64,000 nt of DNA from Balamuthia mandrillaris (taxonomy: Eukaryota): the NCBI GenBank assembly GCA_031835245.2, contig JAVKOQ020000002.1, positions 372,001 to 436,000 on the forward strand, written 5' to 3'. Position numbers and translations under genes: made by a program. Below the pieces are notes generated by a model that was not told the origin of the DNA, ran no database searches, and saw only the letters and a list, made by a program, of their open reading frames with translations. Numbering within the stretch: position 1 is the stretch's first letter; each line of letters opens with the position of its first letter. Of the stretch, positions 1 through 15,017 are shown in pieces.

Positions 1-524
1 TTCTTATTATTGTTGTCTTCTGTTGCTGCCTTGGCAGAAGAGGAAGATGCAGCATTGTTGGATGCAGGAAGTGACCACGCGGATGTTGAGTTGCGTTTCC
101 AGGACGCAAGGAACTCGTGTTTGGCAGGGGGAACACAAGGGGTTATCTGGCAATTCAAAAGGAAGGTAAAGCGAACAAGAAGGTTGTTCTCCTTTCTTCA
201 GGTCACCGATTACCAAAGAGAATGGAGCAGCCACTGCCAACCAAAGCAGGACAACGTTTTGCTGTGAAAATGCGTACCCATTGCGGAGCACGACAGAGGG
301 TAAACATGACTCACACAGAGACACTAGGACATGAAGGGAGAATGCTTTCGAATCTAACTCATAGCAGAAGGTTGGTGTGGAATTGGACAGAGTTTCATCG
401 AGACGGATGTGCAAAAATAAATGTAGACACCCATATCACTTATTCGACCCCTCATGTGCAAGTCGACACAAAATATCCGCAAAGAAAAGAAAAGAAAGGA
501 GAAAAGAAAAGAAAGGGCTAAAAA

Positions 525-2601
<2,077 letters not shown>

Positions 2602-2670
2602 AAATATATGAACGAGTTTTTTTAAACAGGTAACAACATGATGATGTTTAGTTTTCTTCTTTCTTTCGTT

Positions 2671-5240
2671 TTACGAGACAACATGAAGAAAAGTTGCATC
2701 TTTGCTCCAAATGCTCAACGGAGGAGAAGGAGGTGAGGAAGAAGAGGAGGTTGCTTCTTCTTGAACTTGTTCGGCTGATTCGTTTGTGGAGGCATCGTTG
2801 CTGCCGCATTGGCACAAGGCAGTGAACTTGAATGCGCCCTCACATAACAGGAAGAACGGGATTACATGCGTTACTGGCTCCTTTCCCAACTTTAGTTTTC
2901 ATCAACAAACAGAAGGGGTAAAGTAAGCACCAAAGAACAAAAAAAAAAGGAAAGTAGACAAAGAGAGTTCGCGTACAGAGGGCAAATAAAGATCGAGAGA
3001 GCCAACCCAAGCGAGCTTGCTCCGCAAACTGCTTGCTGCTCTCAGCGTTTCGTGCTTTGTTGTGCCACTGTCAGCAGGTTGCGGTACCACCGTCAAATGA
3101 ACGTTCTTCAAGCTCTGTTGCTCGCTCTGATTTCGTAAGGTTACTACCAAACTGATTTTCTCTCCCACTGTTTTCGTGATGCGACTCGGTGGCAAAGGCT
3201 CTTCGTCTTTGTGTTCTTTGATATCGCTCCTATGACCATTCATAACGACAGAAGAGTTTTGTTGTGTTGCTTCCTCGGAGGAGGAGGAGGAGGAGGAGGA
3301 CGAGGTGGAGGTCCAAACGAAGGAGATTGCGATTGGATCTCGAACGAGTTGTTGAAGCCGATCCGTGGGTTGAATGTTATCCAACGAGAGTTCTCCTGAT
3401 TGGTGGTTCTGATTTTTTAAAACAAAGATGAGCAAATAGAGATATAGGGAGAACAGAGAAAAACAGAATGGATGAAACATCATCCATGTGAGAGAGAGAG
3501 TACGGAATCTGTTTCAGTCCAGTCTATCCGAATGCACTGTGAAAGCCATCGCTTGTACAAATCAAGAATGCCTGCGGTTTTGCTCACACTGAACTCAGGT
3601 ACATTGGGTAGTTGTGGAATTGGCGCCAGCAGTCTTTTGTGATACATAGAAAACTGTGAGGAAAGATAATGAAGAAGAAAAACAAACAAAAGAAACAGAA
3701 GAACCAAAAGAATAGATAAAACAAAACAAAAGGAACTGCAACAAGGAGATAAACGAGATAAATACCTGTGAGTGGATTTAGGTGCACAAGAAGAGGTTTT
3801 CCGCCATGAAAATGGTTCCACATCATAAACTGCATCATCGCTCAACATAAACGGCACAGTTTTTATCGAGCAACAAAGCGTGTAATGGCTGGTTGAGATA
3901 TTCTCAACGTCAAACAAAAGAAAGCACCAGTTTCTCGTTTCCTCATCATTGCCGTCCTCGTCTTCTTTTTCTTTGTTGTAGTTATCTTTCTTACGTTGGT
4001 TGGAGACATGACGAGAAGAAGCCGAAAGAGAAGGATTCAAATCGCGATCGGTGGCGCAACACGAAGAAGGAACGATAACATCGAATCCGGTCAAACGAAG
4101 TGTTGGTGTCACGGTAAAGCGGAGAGGGATGCGTAGAGATCTTTGGAACGCACTTCCAGAAGAGCGGTACTCTAATATAAGTTTACTGTTTTGTTGCCTA
4201 TGCATTTTTTTTAAAATGTAAGAATCAAGGAGAAACAAAGACGAAAGATAAAAATAGAAAGAAGATAGTACTGAGAAAGAGGAAACGTGGTCAGAATGTT
4301 GATGGGCATGTGAAGCGTTTGACCAGGCATGAGTGGCAACACTTTTGACTCTTGCATAACTTTCATGGCCGCCTCAGCTGCACTTGCCAAGTCTTTGGCA
4401 AAGCTATTTTGTTTGGTTAAATCTCCATCTTCTTCTGCTTCTTCTTCTTCTTCGCTATATTCCACTTCTTTCTCTTTATCGTGTATGCGTTTGAGTGAAG
4501 ACGTGTCTCTACGATTCTTTCTTCGGCGTTCGCTTCTGTACAAAGAATTGGAAGTGGACGAAGAAGAAGAGGACGAAGAAGAGGATGAAGAGGAGGAAAA
4601 AGAGGAAGACATTCCAGTTAGAGCTGCGCCTGACTTCAAAGCAGAGTAGATGTTGATGTGGTCCACAGGGAGAGTTCCCTCGTTACTGAGTTCCAGTTGT
4701 ATGGAATATCTTTATATGAAAGCCCAACTTTAGACAACAGAGAGAAGAGAGGGAGGATGGAAGAAGACATACCGTTCCCCTTCAGACGCTGATAAGTTAC
4801 TACCAATAGCGATGCTGTTGTGCTTGATTCGCAGCAAAGGTAAGGCGCTGATAACATGAACCACATTGCCTGTCTTACAACCTAATATTTGTTTGTTTGA
4901 GTGTCGGTATCAATGAACGAGGGAGGGAGGAGGGAGGGAGGGAGGGAGGGAGGGAGGGAGGAGGGAGGAGGGAGGGAGGGAGGGAGGAGGGAGGGAGGAG
5001 GAGGAGGGAGGGAGGGAGGGAGGGAGGGAGGGGAGGGAGGGAGGGGAGGGAGGGAGGGAGGGAGGGAGGGAGGAGGAGGGGAGGGAGGGAGGGAGGGAGG
5101 GAGGGAGGGAGGGAGGGAGGGAGGGAGAGCTACCACTATCTTTGAGAAGTGGTTGAGGTAAAGCACTGCTCAAGTTTTGTCTGTATGTTTGTAATTCTTT
5201 TGTTAGAAATCACAACAAACCCCAAAAAAAACTATTCAAA

Positions 5241-5292
<52 letters not shown>

Positions 5293-7404
5293 TTGATGGG
5301 TATTCCAAGTCCTTGCTTGTTGACAGGATGATCACAGGTAAGGTTGAAGGCACGGATGATGCAGCCTCTGATGGTCAACACTCCCGTTTGCAGCGGCTTT
5401 CCTGACAACACAACCTCCTGTGACTCTGTGTACGGAGGAAGCGTCACACTAACAGGAAAGCTTTGAAACTCAACTCCTGAAGTGCTATTTAATTGGAATG
5501 GTTTTTTTAAAAAAAAATTAATAATAAGAACAGGAAGGAAAAGGAAGAGAACGAGAGAACGAGAGAACGAGAGAATGAGAACGAGAGAAAGAATACCTTA
5601 ATTCAATACTTTCTACGAAGACGCTAAAGGCAAAAGGATTGGACAATCGAACCTTAACATGGGCGGTAGTATATTGTACCCAAATAAGTTGCTCCTGTTG
5701 GGCAGTTTTCCTGAATTTGATGGGTGTGTAGATAAAAATGGGAGAATCTGAGTCGTCACCGGTGCTGTTACTTCCCCCGTCTTGTCCGCTGGTGTTGTTG
5801 CTACCATTGTAACTCGTCTGAGATTGAGGAACAGGTTGTGGGGCTACATGCTCTGGCAGTCTAGTCATATATAAAATGAGAAAGCGAGAATGAATCAGAG
5901 AAACAGCATGAGGGCACGACAAACACAAAAGGGCGAAGGAAAAAGCTACGGTTGAGGGGCTACAGCAAGCAAATAAGGAATGCCTCGCATGTCAATATGT
6001 GTCGTGCCGGCAAGATCTTCACAAATCTGAGATAGCTCATTGACTAGCGACACTTGTTTTGTAGTATAAATAGAATTCTCCAATTTTCTCAACATATGCA
6101 CAATGTATTGAGCCGTATAGGTCAAGTCTGTTTATATTCCATTATTTGTATTTTTTTTTCATGTTATGAGAAGGAGAGAAAATAGGAGGGAGAAGAAGAG
6201 AAAAAGGTATACCTCCAAGTGCTTTTGAGCTGGCTATTAGCTCCTTTAGCACGTTGATTTGCAGCAGTGGCCATTCTTCTCCCTTCCGCCATGCTAAACA
6301 ACTTCCTTGTGTTATCGTGCTTGGTTCCTCTGTAATTGTGCATTTTTCCTCAGAAAAGCAACAAAAGAAAGAACAAACTGCCATAAAAGGACACGTAAAG
6401 AAAAGCAAACCATAAGAACTAGGATTATCTTCATTTATACCATCAGATCCATTTTCTTCAGATGAACGGAGTCGTAGTTGGTAGACAGGAGCCACCATGG
6501 CATATAGACTGTGAGCTGTGGACAGCATGAAAAGTTTATGATGCAACTCGGACGCTTGTCGCAGGAAGAAGGCAAATTTCCGTCGAAAGCCCAACTTATA
6601 GCAGATTCTTGCAATGGTGGTACAAACTGAAATCTGGATATAAAGGATGAGAAAGAGAAGAGGAAAAGATAAAGTAAGGTAAGAAAGTTTTATAACCTTC
6701 TCTTGAGTGGAACATCCTGAGCTTAAACTATAGGCTCGCATGAGCAGCTCCGCGGCAACAGTTTTACGATTGGCGCATGCATGATACTTAGCCAATTTAA
6801 GGCTGGCTTCTAATTCTAGTGTAACAGCATTCTCTGTTCTGGAGTAGAGCTGTAACACTTCATTGTACTTATCGACAACCTCTGGTAAGTCCACAAATAT
6901 TTGTTCCTCTGAACCACTTTCTATTTGTCTTCTGAATTCCTTTTTTCAAAAACAAAAATAAACATAAGCAAGAAGAATGGAGTAACAACCAGAACAAAGA
7001 ACAAACCTCACACATAATAAGAGCAGCACATTCACCCTCCATTGCTCCAGCCAACCAAACAGTGTCTCCATCGACTTTAGCCATCTCTGCCGCAGAGCGA
7101 TAACTTTTTGTTTGTTGTTGTCAGAAAAGCAAAAGCAAAAGCAAAAGCAAAAGAAGAAAAGAAAGCATACAATGAAAGTGCGTTATGAGGATCAGCAGCC
7201 AACAGACAATAGTCTCCTTTGGCTTTACTGTCACGACCCGGTTTACGCTTCTTTAATCGCGTTACGTCTGTAGCACTCACATGTGGATCCAGTGGTGTCA
7301 ACTTTAGAGCAAAAGCTTCTTCTGAACGAAACTTTTGGGACAAAAATGTAATTAAGAGAATAGAACACCATCACACCAAATGATAGAACAGAGAATAATG
7401 GACG

Positions 7405-7446
<42 letters not shown>

Positions 7447-7844
7447 GAAAAATAAACATGTACTATGAAGAGAAGGAAAAGAAAGTAAACTAATACCATA
7501 TTTTCCAGCTCTTTGAGTAAAGTCTCAGCAAAGTCAAGAAGAAGAGTGTTGAGGTAGAACAAAAGGTGCTTCTTGTCGCTGCGAGGTATCATGATGAGAT
7601 TCACGTTTCTGGCAAAGTCAGGTTGATCGTCTCTCGGCTCGAATGCAAAGCACGTTGTGGCCACTGCTGTTGGATGTTGCTTCTGTAGCCCTTCAAACTC
7701 ACCACATGCTTTGCTGAGGTCAGAGTAACTTGGACAGTGAAGGATGCCTATCATCTGTGTTGCGATTTTGTCGTTGGCCAACGCAACGAAATATGGAAAG
7801 AGAGAAGAGAAACAACATACAGAAGAAGAAGGTAAGAAGGCGAG

Positions 7845-7882
<38 letters not shown>

Positions 7883-8337
7883 AAAAGACAGAAGAGGGGC
7901 GAGAACGTGGAGAGAATCCGTACGCCAAGGATTTTGCGGCTGGCCTGAAAGTCTTCCCAGTCACTTCGATGAGCAGCCCTACCATCCATAAACTCAAGGT
8001 AGACCTTTCCTTCCTGCCATGACTGCCGCGTAAACACAGTTGCTGGTTCACTCCTCTAGTTAGAAAAAGAAGAAGGAAGGAAGAAGGAAGAAGAAGGAAG
8101 AAGAAAGAAGATAGAAGAAAGAAGAAAAGAGTAGCAAATAAAAAAACGAAGATAGAAAAGAGTAAAACACGTACAGTTTTCTTTGGGAGTCATTTGATTG
8201 AGAGGCAAACAGGAGAACGTCTGCACGAGGTTTGCATACTGCCAGAACTTGCTCTCGGAGATGTCTCCCACTGGCACCAGCACCACACGCATGTACTTGG
8301 AGCTCGTCATGTCCCCTTCTGCCTCTATCGCCTGCAT
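2671..8337 (-). CDS. TRAPPC9: TRAPP II complex subunit TRAPPC9/Trs120; many exons
   Basis: N-terminal MRVVLVPVGDISESKF, SDWEDFQASRKILG, IGILHC, KKRKPGR..KAKGDYCLLA, WLAGAMEG, GFRRKFAFF, IFIYTP and V.LSNPFAF motifs typical of Trs120. Confidence 0.9.
4920..5128 (+). repeat. (GGGA/GGA)n purine tract inside a TRAPPC9 intron
   Basis: About 200 bp of only G and A, directly visible. Confidence 0.95.
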
Positions 8338-8608
8338 TTTTTCTTTCTTTTCTCAATTTCTTTTTCTTTTTTTTTTTTGTCTTTGATTTTGACGACGTGA
8401 GAACCAAATGACGTCATCACAAAGATCGTTGATCAGTGATTGCCAATTGAAAATCAAAAAACAAGAAAATATTTCAAAGCACCAAGCAACAATCAAAATG
8501 AAAGAATGTAATCTCGATCGAACCTTAGCCTAAACGTAAAGATAACCAACATATTAGGATAGGAACGACGAACAACAAAGAAAGCAGAAAGAAGAACAGA
8601 GCAAAGAT

Positions 8609-9776
8609 ATGGTACGATTGTTCGGCCAACTCACTCACCTCCTTCGGCTTCTCACTGATGTTGTTGTTGTTTGTTTTTTGAAAAACAAAAGGGTAACGAC
8701 AGTAGCAAAGCAGGAGGTGGAAGAACGAAGCGAGGAGCACAAGGGCAAACTCAGAAAACGCGCGTGCAGGTGCTCGATGAGGCCTCTGTCGATAGCATCC
8801 CTTACACGAGCTATTCCGTGGAGAGAAAACCTGAAACCGCTGGTAAAGGTAAACAAGGCGAGGCTGCCACAACAAGCCCGCAGGAAGAGGGCAAGTCAAC
8901 GAACGAGCAGCCCGTGGATGAGATCATCACCATCAAACAACAAGAAACCTACACTGAGAATCTAGAACCTGAGCTTCAATGGCTGGAGACTCTGCCCAAG
9001 GTATGACCTTTGTTTAGCCTTTGGTGCTCTGAAGAGGAGAGTGGTGAACGCTCTTACATTGTTATTTCTCCCTCCCAGTTTGGCCCCTTGATTCAACCCA
9101 CAGGGCCTTTTTCCAGTGAGAAGACCGTTTGTACGTCTTCTTCTTTTTTGCTCTTTGTGTTTTTTCACTTACTCTGCTTTTCTTCTTCTCTCCTTCTCCT
9201 TCTTCCTTTGCTTTGCCTTATTATTCTCTCTTGCATTGTTTATTCTAGCGAGCCTGGATTCAAAGGCTTTGCTTATGATGTGCAGCGACTACCAACGGTT
9301 CTGTCGCGAGACTGGAATTGTTCTAGCCAACGAACAGGTTGCTGTTTCTCTTAACTCGCCCTTTTTCGTCTCATGACTGATATTAAAGCCCCAATAGCGA
9401 GCTTTAGGAGAAATAGTGAAAGCGAAGGAACAACAAACAATGGAAGCGTTACAGCGATTGATACAGCATCAACGAGACATCAAAGTACTGGAAACCCAAA
9501 TGAAAGAAGGTAACTATTGTCACATGCTCCTCGTACTTAGTTTGCTGGACTCTCTAACACTCAGTTCAACACACTTATAATACAGTGTACACTGTGAAAA
9601 AGCAATTGGAGACCACAAAGACGTTGTTGGAAGGAGTGATAGCAAAGGCCGACCAACTTTCTTCCATTCTGCCTGAAGAGGAGCGAATGCCTCCTCTTTC
9701 AAGCTTACTCTCCTTTCCCTGTACTGAACAACAACCAACCACTGAATCCGTTTCAACAACACAATCTTCCACATAA
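8609..9776 (+). CDS. BORCS5: BORC complex subunit 5 (myrlysin/LOH12CR1)
   Basis: ATG (8609-8611), then an intron (8612-8691), gives MGNDSSK, an N-myristoylation motif. VDEIITI..EPELQWLETLPKFGPLI, LDSKALLMMCSDYQ and DQLSSILPEEERMPP match BORCS5 blocks. Confidence 0.8.
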
Positions 9777-9850
9777 AAACCAAAACAAAACCAAGGATAC
9801 TCGTCCTTCTTTGCTCAAATGTTATTCTCTCTTCTCATGTCCCATTCCCA

Positions 9851-10552
9851 GTGGAGGGGGATGAGCTACTGCAAGTTGAGAGAGCACTGGACAAGAGAGT
9901 GCTCGGAAAAGAAACGTGTCGACCAAAGCAAGAAGAAGGATACTTTTGGCGGTGCTTTGCGGGACACAAAGGGCAAGTCCGGAAGCCAAAGCCAGGTGCC
10001 GGCCCAAAAGGACAGTGCTGGTGGAAAGACAGGATCGATGAATATTGTCGTCAAGAACGCGCGTTGTCTGCCGAGGATCACATTGAAGATCTCCGGAGGG
10101 AGGACAGTCGAGGCCGCGCTGGACTCCTGTGCCACCGATAGCTTCGTTCGAGAAACACTTCTACCCAAAGAAGTAAACATGAGTAGCTTAAATAACGGGG
10201 ATATGTGGAGAAGTGCCACTGGTCATGAAGTGAAGCCGAAGGGTTACGTCACTCTTCGGTTTCGGACGCCTACTCGCGAGAACGTCAAAGCAACCGTTGC
10301 TGTCTTGGCGGAGGATGATCCAATGCCTCACGATTTTCTCATCATGAGAGCAAACCTGTGGAAGGTTCGTCTTGCGACTCTGATGACGACCGAGTGTGCA
10401 CCTCAGTCACAAAGGAGACCCAAGACGTCGTGGACGTTATCTACCCGGTGGAGCTTCCCACCGAGGAAGTGGTGATGACGGGCTTGAGAGAGCTCGTGAA
10501 CGACGCGGACCTGGATCGGGCAGAAAGCACGGCTTCTAGAGCTGGCCCTTGA
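9851..10552 (+). mobile_element. Degenerate LTR-retrotransposon gag/protease fragment
   Basis: Retropepsin-like segment RITLKISGGRTVEAALDSCATDSFV...SATG...GYVTLRF...HDFLI. Intronless with broken frames. No RT, integrase or LTR seen. Confidence 0.65.
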
Positions 10553-10725
10553 ATTCAAGGACGTCTTTTGCTACAAGCTTCCTGAGCCGGGAAGGTATCC
10601 GGGCCTGGGCCTGAGGTTGAGACTTGTCCGCAAACCAAAAAAAAAGTGGTGGCAGACAAAAAAAAATCAGTTTCCCCTTTCTCACACAACAAAACCACTT
10701 GTTTGCCCCTACCACACTTTACACT

Positions 10726-11579
10726 ATGGCGGAGGAAGGCACTAACGACGGACAGCGCAACCTCGTTCCGCATCATCAGCAACAACAACAACAACTCGCC
10801 CCACCCATCCTAGCAGAAATGAGGAACATCAACGTAAGATTGGACACAAACGAGTGGGTCAGAAAATTGGAGCTGACGGAGAGGGAGCGCGATAGTTACA
10901 AAAAAGAGGTTGAACGACTCGAAGCAGAAAAGCAAGAACTCTTAAAGAAGCACAACAAAGACATGCAAAAGTTAATCAAATCCTATGAAGACAAAATCAA
11001 TCAGTTCGAAGCGCTCATCAAGGCGAGAGACGAAACGATCCAACGCCTTGGGTCCGAGTTGGAGGACACGAAGAAACGCCTACGAAAAATAGAGACAGAA
11101 AACAGACGCAACTACGAAAAGCTCCTCTTGGGACAGATCAAGTACACTTTCATTCAGAGCGCTGTGGAGTACATCTGGGCTGGTGAAAAATCTACAGTCA
11201 TAAAAAAGTTGCGCCACAAACTGACGGATATGGAACTGATCGAGGAATACGCCAGTGAGCACGACCGCAAAGCACAGTACGATGACTTTGTTGTGGGATA
11301 CGAGGAAGGGGACTCTGAAGTGTTAGGGGAATTGGCATGCGCGCGTGTGTGACCCTCGCCCATCCCAAGACTCTCCTCCCGGACGGGGAAGAAGAGCCTA
11401 CGCCAAGGCAGCTTCAGGAGATCATAAGCAAGCACTACGAACAACGAAAAAAGTCTGAATTCAGGAAACGAGCAGTGCTACTGGTGGACAAACTCGACAC
11501 AGCGCAAGCTGCACAAGCCATTGTTGGGGTGAGTGAGCAAAAGGGAACCTGCCCCAGTCGACATAAAATCTCTGCATAA
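10726..11579 (+). pseudogene. Intronless coiled-coil protein gene with a 2-nt frameshift near 11345-11351
   Basis: The heptad-rich ORF ends at ..ELACARV*. Removing one TG from CGTGTGTGACC joins it to TLAHPKTLL.. in the next ORF (11337-11579). Confidence 0.55.
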
Positions 11580-11784
11580 ATAAACGGCTTGTGATCGATT
11601 CGTGACTAACTTGAGCACATGCTTCAGCAGGTGTGATTTTTTTTTATTTCGAAAACAACAAAAGGAGGAGGTTGTTTCTTCCTGACTTGTCCGCAAAAAA
11701 AAAGTTGTTTCTTCTTCCTGACCAAAAAAAAGTACTGGCATTGTAGGTTTTTCACACACCACAACAGAGAGAGAGAGCACGAAG

Positions 11785-12717
11785 ATGTGGACCCAAGGCG
11801 CCCGAGTGCTGTACCTCACTGGCCCTTTGCAAGCGGCCAACGCGGCGGAGGAGATGGAGGCCATCAAGCAGGCCGTCGGGGAGACCGGCGCCGTTGTCCT
11901 CGCTGAGCAGCCGCCACCCCCAACGGAGGCCAGCTTTGATTTTGTGGTCGTCACGAGCGGCGCTCCTCACGACGGCGAAGCTTTCCTGTCGCAGCTTGCT
12001 CGCGTGTTGAAACCTGGCGGCTCTCTCGTTCTTCACAACACAGACAAGGTACCTCTTTTTTTTTTTCTTGCCTTTTTTGTGAGGAATCCAATCTGATCTT
12101 CGTCTCTCCTCCCCCTTTTGATCAAACAGACGGAGCAAGAACTGAGCTCCGCGCTAACGCTGGCCGGCTTCATAGAGAAGCGGTTCGCCGACGACAACAA
12201 ACAGGTCATCGCCACCAAGCCCAACTTTAGCATTGGCGCCAAAGCCAGCTTGAAGCAAAAGAAAACAACAACCTCATCCTCTTCTTCTACTTCTTCCACC
12301 ACCAGCAGCAACAACGTATGGAAACTTTCCGGGGATGACATGTTGGAGGAGGACTTGAGCACTCCCTCTTCTTCCACCTCTTCCAACTCTGTGTGGAAGA
12401 TCTCTGTCGATGACATTGCTGCACCTTCTTCTTCGCTCATCGATGAAAGCTCCCTTCTCGAGGCAGAAGACCTCATCACGCCCTCCGCTGCCACCGGGGT
12501 CAAACGGGATGACTGCGAGGTGGGCAAAGGGGGCAAACGCAAGGCCTGCAAAGATTGCACCTGCGGCAGAGCCGACGAGGAGGCAGCCGGCCAACAACCA
12601 CAACCCAAGTCCTCCTGCGGGTCATGCTACCTGGGGGATGCGTTTCGGTGCTCCGGCTGTCCCTACAAGGGATTGCCTCCGTTTAAACCCGGAGAGAAGG
12701 TCACCATTACTTTGTAA
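11785..12717 (+). CDS. DRE2: Anamorsin/Dre2 Fe-S cluster assembly protein (one intron, ~12049-12129)
   Basis: Methyltransferase-like RVLKPGG N-terminus; [12 protein letters not shown] and [31 protein letters not shown] motifs. Confidence 0.95.
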
Positions 12718-12944
12718 AGACGAAAAACCTGCACAAACGAATACCGATGTTTTTTAAGTGTTCCTCCTCCTCCTCCTTCCTCCTTCCTCCTTCATCTGCT
12801 CTTCTTAAGATGATGAGTCGAATCCGTTTTGTTTCGAAATAAAAAGGATTTCAGTTAACTTTTTTTTGCTAAAGATTAGATTTTTGAACAGCTTGCGTTT
12901 TTGTTTGTTACAAGAGAAATAAAACGTAGAAGGAGTGGATTGGA

Positions 12945-13779
12945 ATGGCGACTTCTTCGCAGAGGAAGAAGGTGGCGGAGCAGATCAAGCAGCTCAAACA
13001 ACGCTTTCAGGTGGTGGCGGAGCAAGATGACTCTGAGGGAGCTGCTGGTACATCGTGCCAACAACAAACTGAAAAAGTGCAGTTGATCGGTTCGTCTTCC
13101 ACACCCCTTTTAAGCTTTCTTTCTTCCTTCCTGAAGATGAGATGGTTGACAAAACAACGTTCGAAAACAAACAGAAATGGAACGGGATGAACAGATCTTG
13201 TCATTCACGGTGAGAGCAAAGAAGGAGGAGGCGGTGGAAGTGACCATGCGACTACCAGACGACCTGAAGAACGGAGAGTACTTGGTCTACCAACCGGACG
13301 GCAAGGTCAAGGCCTATAAAGTTTGCGATACAGACAAGGAAGACTCTGAATTGCTGGCTGTCTTTGAGCGCTTGTGCATTGGTTCTTCTTCTTCTTCTTG
13401 TTCTTCTTCTTGTTCTTCTTCTTGTTCTTCTTCTTGTTCTTCTTCTTCTTCTTCTTCTTCTTCTTCTTCTTCTTCTTCTTCTTCTTCTTCCTTCTTCTTC
13501 TTCTTCTTCTTGTTCCTTCTCTCCTTCAGCCTCTATTCTGATGCCTTGGCGTGTTCTGTTGTATGCAGATATGTTCCCACCAAAGAAGGACGAGAACGAA
13601 GCCGCCACGCGCAGCAACGTATTGGCCCGCTCGTTTGACTCTCTGGCAAACAGCCGCGATAGTTGTCAGGTAACGCTCTTCTCTCTCGCTCCATCTCCTC
13701 TTACTTTATGGCCAACCTGCCATTGTAACAGCCTCAGCCTGCTGACTCTCTTGCAAGCAGTGGAGACAGCTATTTGGTT

Positions 13780-13819
<40 letters not shown>

Positions 13820-14985
13820 GCTTCTTAGTTTGTACACACTATTGCTACAGTCAGAAGACGTACCTGAAGAAGAGGTCCCATTAGAAGAATTGAGGGCAAT
13901 TGCAGAAGTCGTACAAGAATGGTTTGGTGGTGTCATTGACGTAGACGTAGGACGCTCTCTCTCTCTCTCTCTCTCTCTCAGTGTCTTCTTCTATGTTCTA
14001 TCTTCTTATTTCCTTACCTTCTGCAAAAGGTATTGAGCGTAGCTGCAGAAGGGTTCATTCGCATCTACTTCGAGCCCTCTTTATTTGTAGGTCACAGAGA
14101 GGCCAGAGCATTGGGGGTGGCACACAACAAAAAGATACTGGTAGAGTTGGCCTTCAAAGCGCCCTTTCAGTTCTCCAACGATGAAGCAGCTGTTCCTCAT
14201 AGAGCAAGAGTCTCTCAGGTAGAGCGTATCAGCAACGAAAGAGAAAGAAAAAGAGAAGACAAAAAACAAAAACGGAAGAAAGAAAAAGAGGAAGAGGAGG
14301 AGGAAGCAACTGAAGAAGAACAGGTGGATTCACAGAGCTTTGGCTTGGGATGGCAGCTTAGTACACGTTTGCAGGAATTCTTTTCGGTTTCGGCTGAGCG
14401 GCGAGAATCCATAGTTAAGCTATTGTGTTATTTATATTTTTGTGTTGTTGTTTGCTTCTTTTCTTTCTTGTCGTTTCTTTCGCTCTTATTCGTTGTTACA
14501 TGCTGGCTAACGTTGGTTAACATCAAAAAGCTTCGTGAATGGGAAGATGAAATGAGTAAAGGTCGAAAGAGGAAGTCGAGAAGAAGGTCAAAGAACACGC
14601 GCTCCAACTCCCTCAAACAACAAACGAAAGACGACGTGGAGCAGCAACAACCAGAAGCATCTGTTTCGCCCAAAAAGCATTCCGTCATTCTTGCCAAGTT
14701 CTTCTCCCAACAAAAAGACGGCAAACAGAAAGAGAAAGAAACGGAACAACAAAAAGCACGACAACAAATTGTTATTGACAAGCAACTACTTGCAGCGTGC
14801 CGAGAAATGGGCTTTGGGGAACAATTGGTTCGTAAATGTGCGACCAGAATGAAGCAACGAAAGGGCGTAGAACCTACAATGGAGCACGTGGAAGAGCTGC
14901 TTGACCTGTTGACGACATATCGTCCCAAAACTGTGTTTATGGAGGACGGGTTAACCGTCTCCAACAATTGTGATGGTTTGTTACT

Positions 14986-15017
<32 letters not shown>

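Noticed and set aside
1..420. Short overlapping ORFs at the window start
   Set aside because: No recognisable domain or splice pattern; cannot be judged without upstream sequence.
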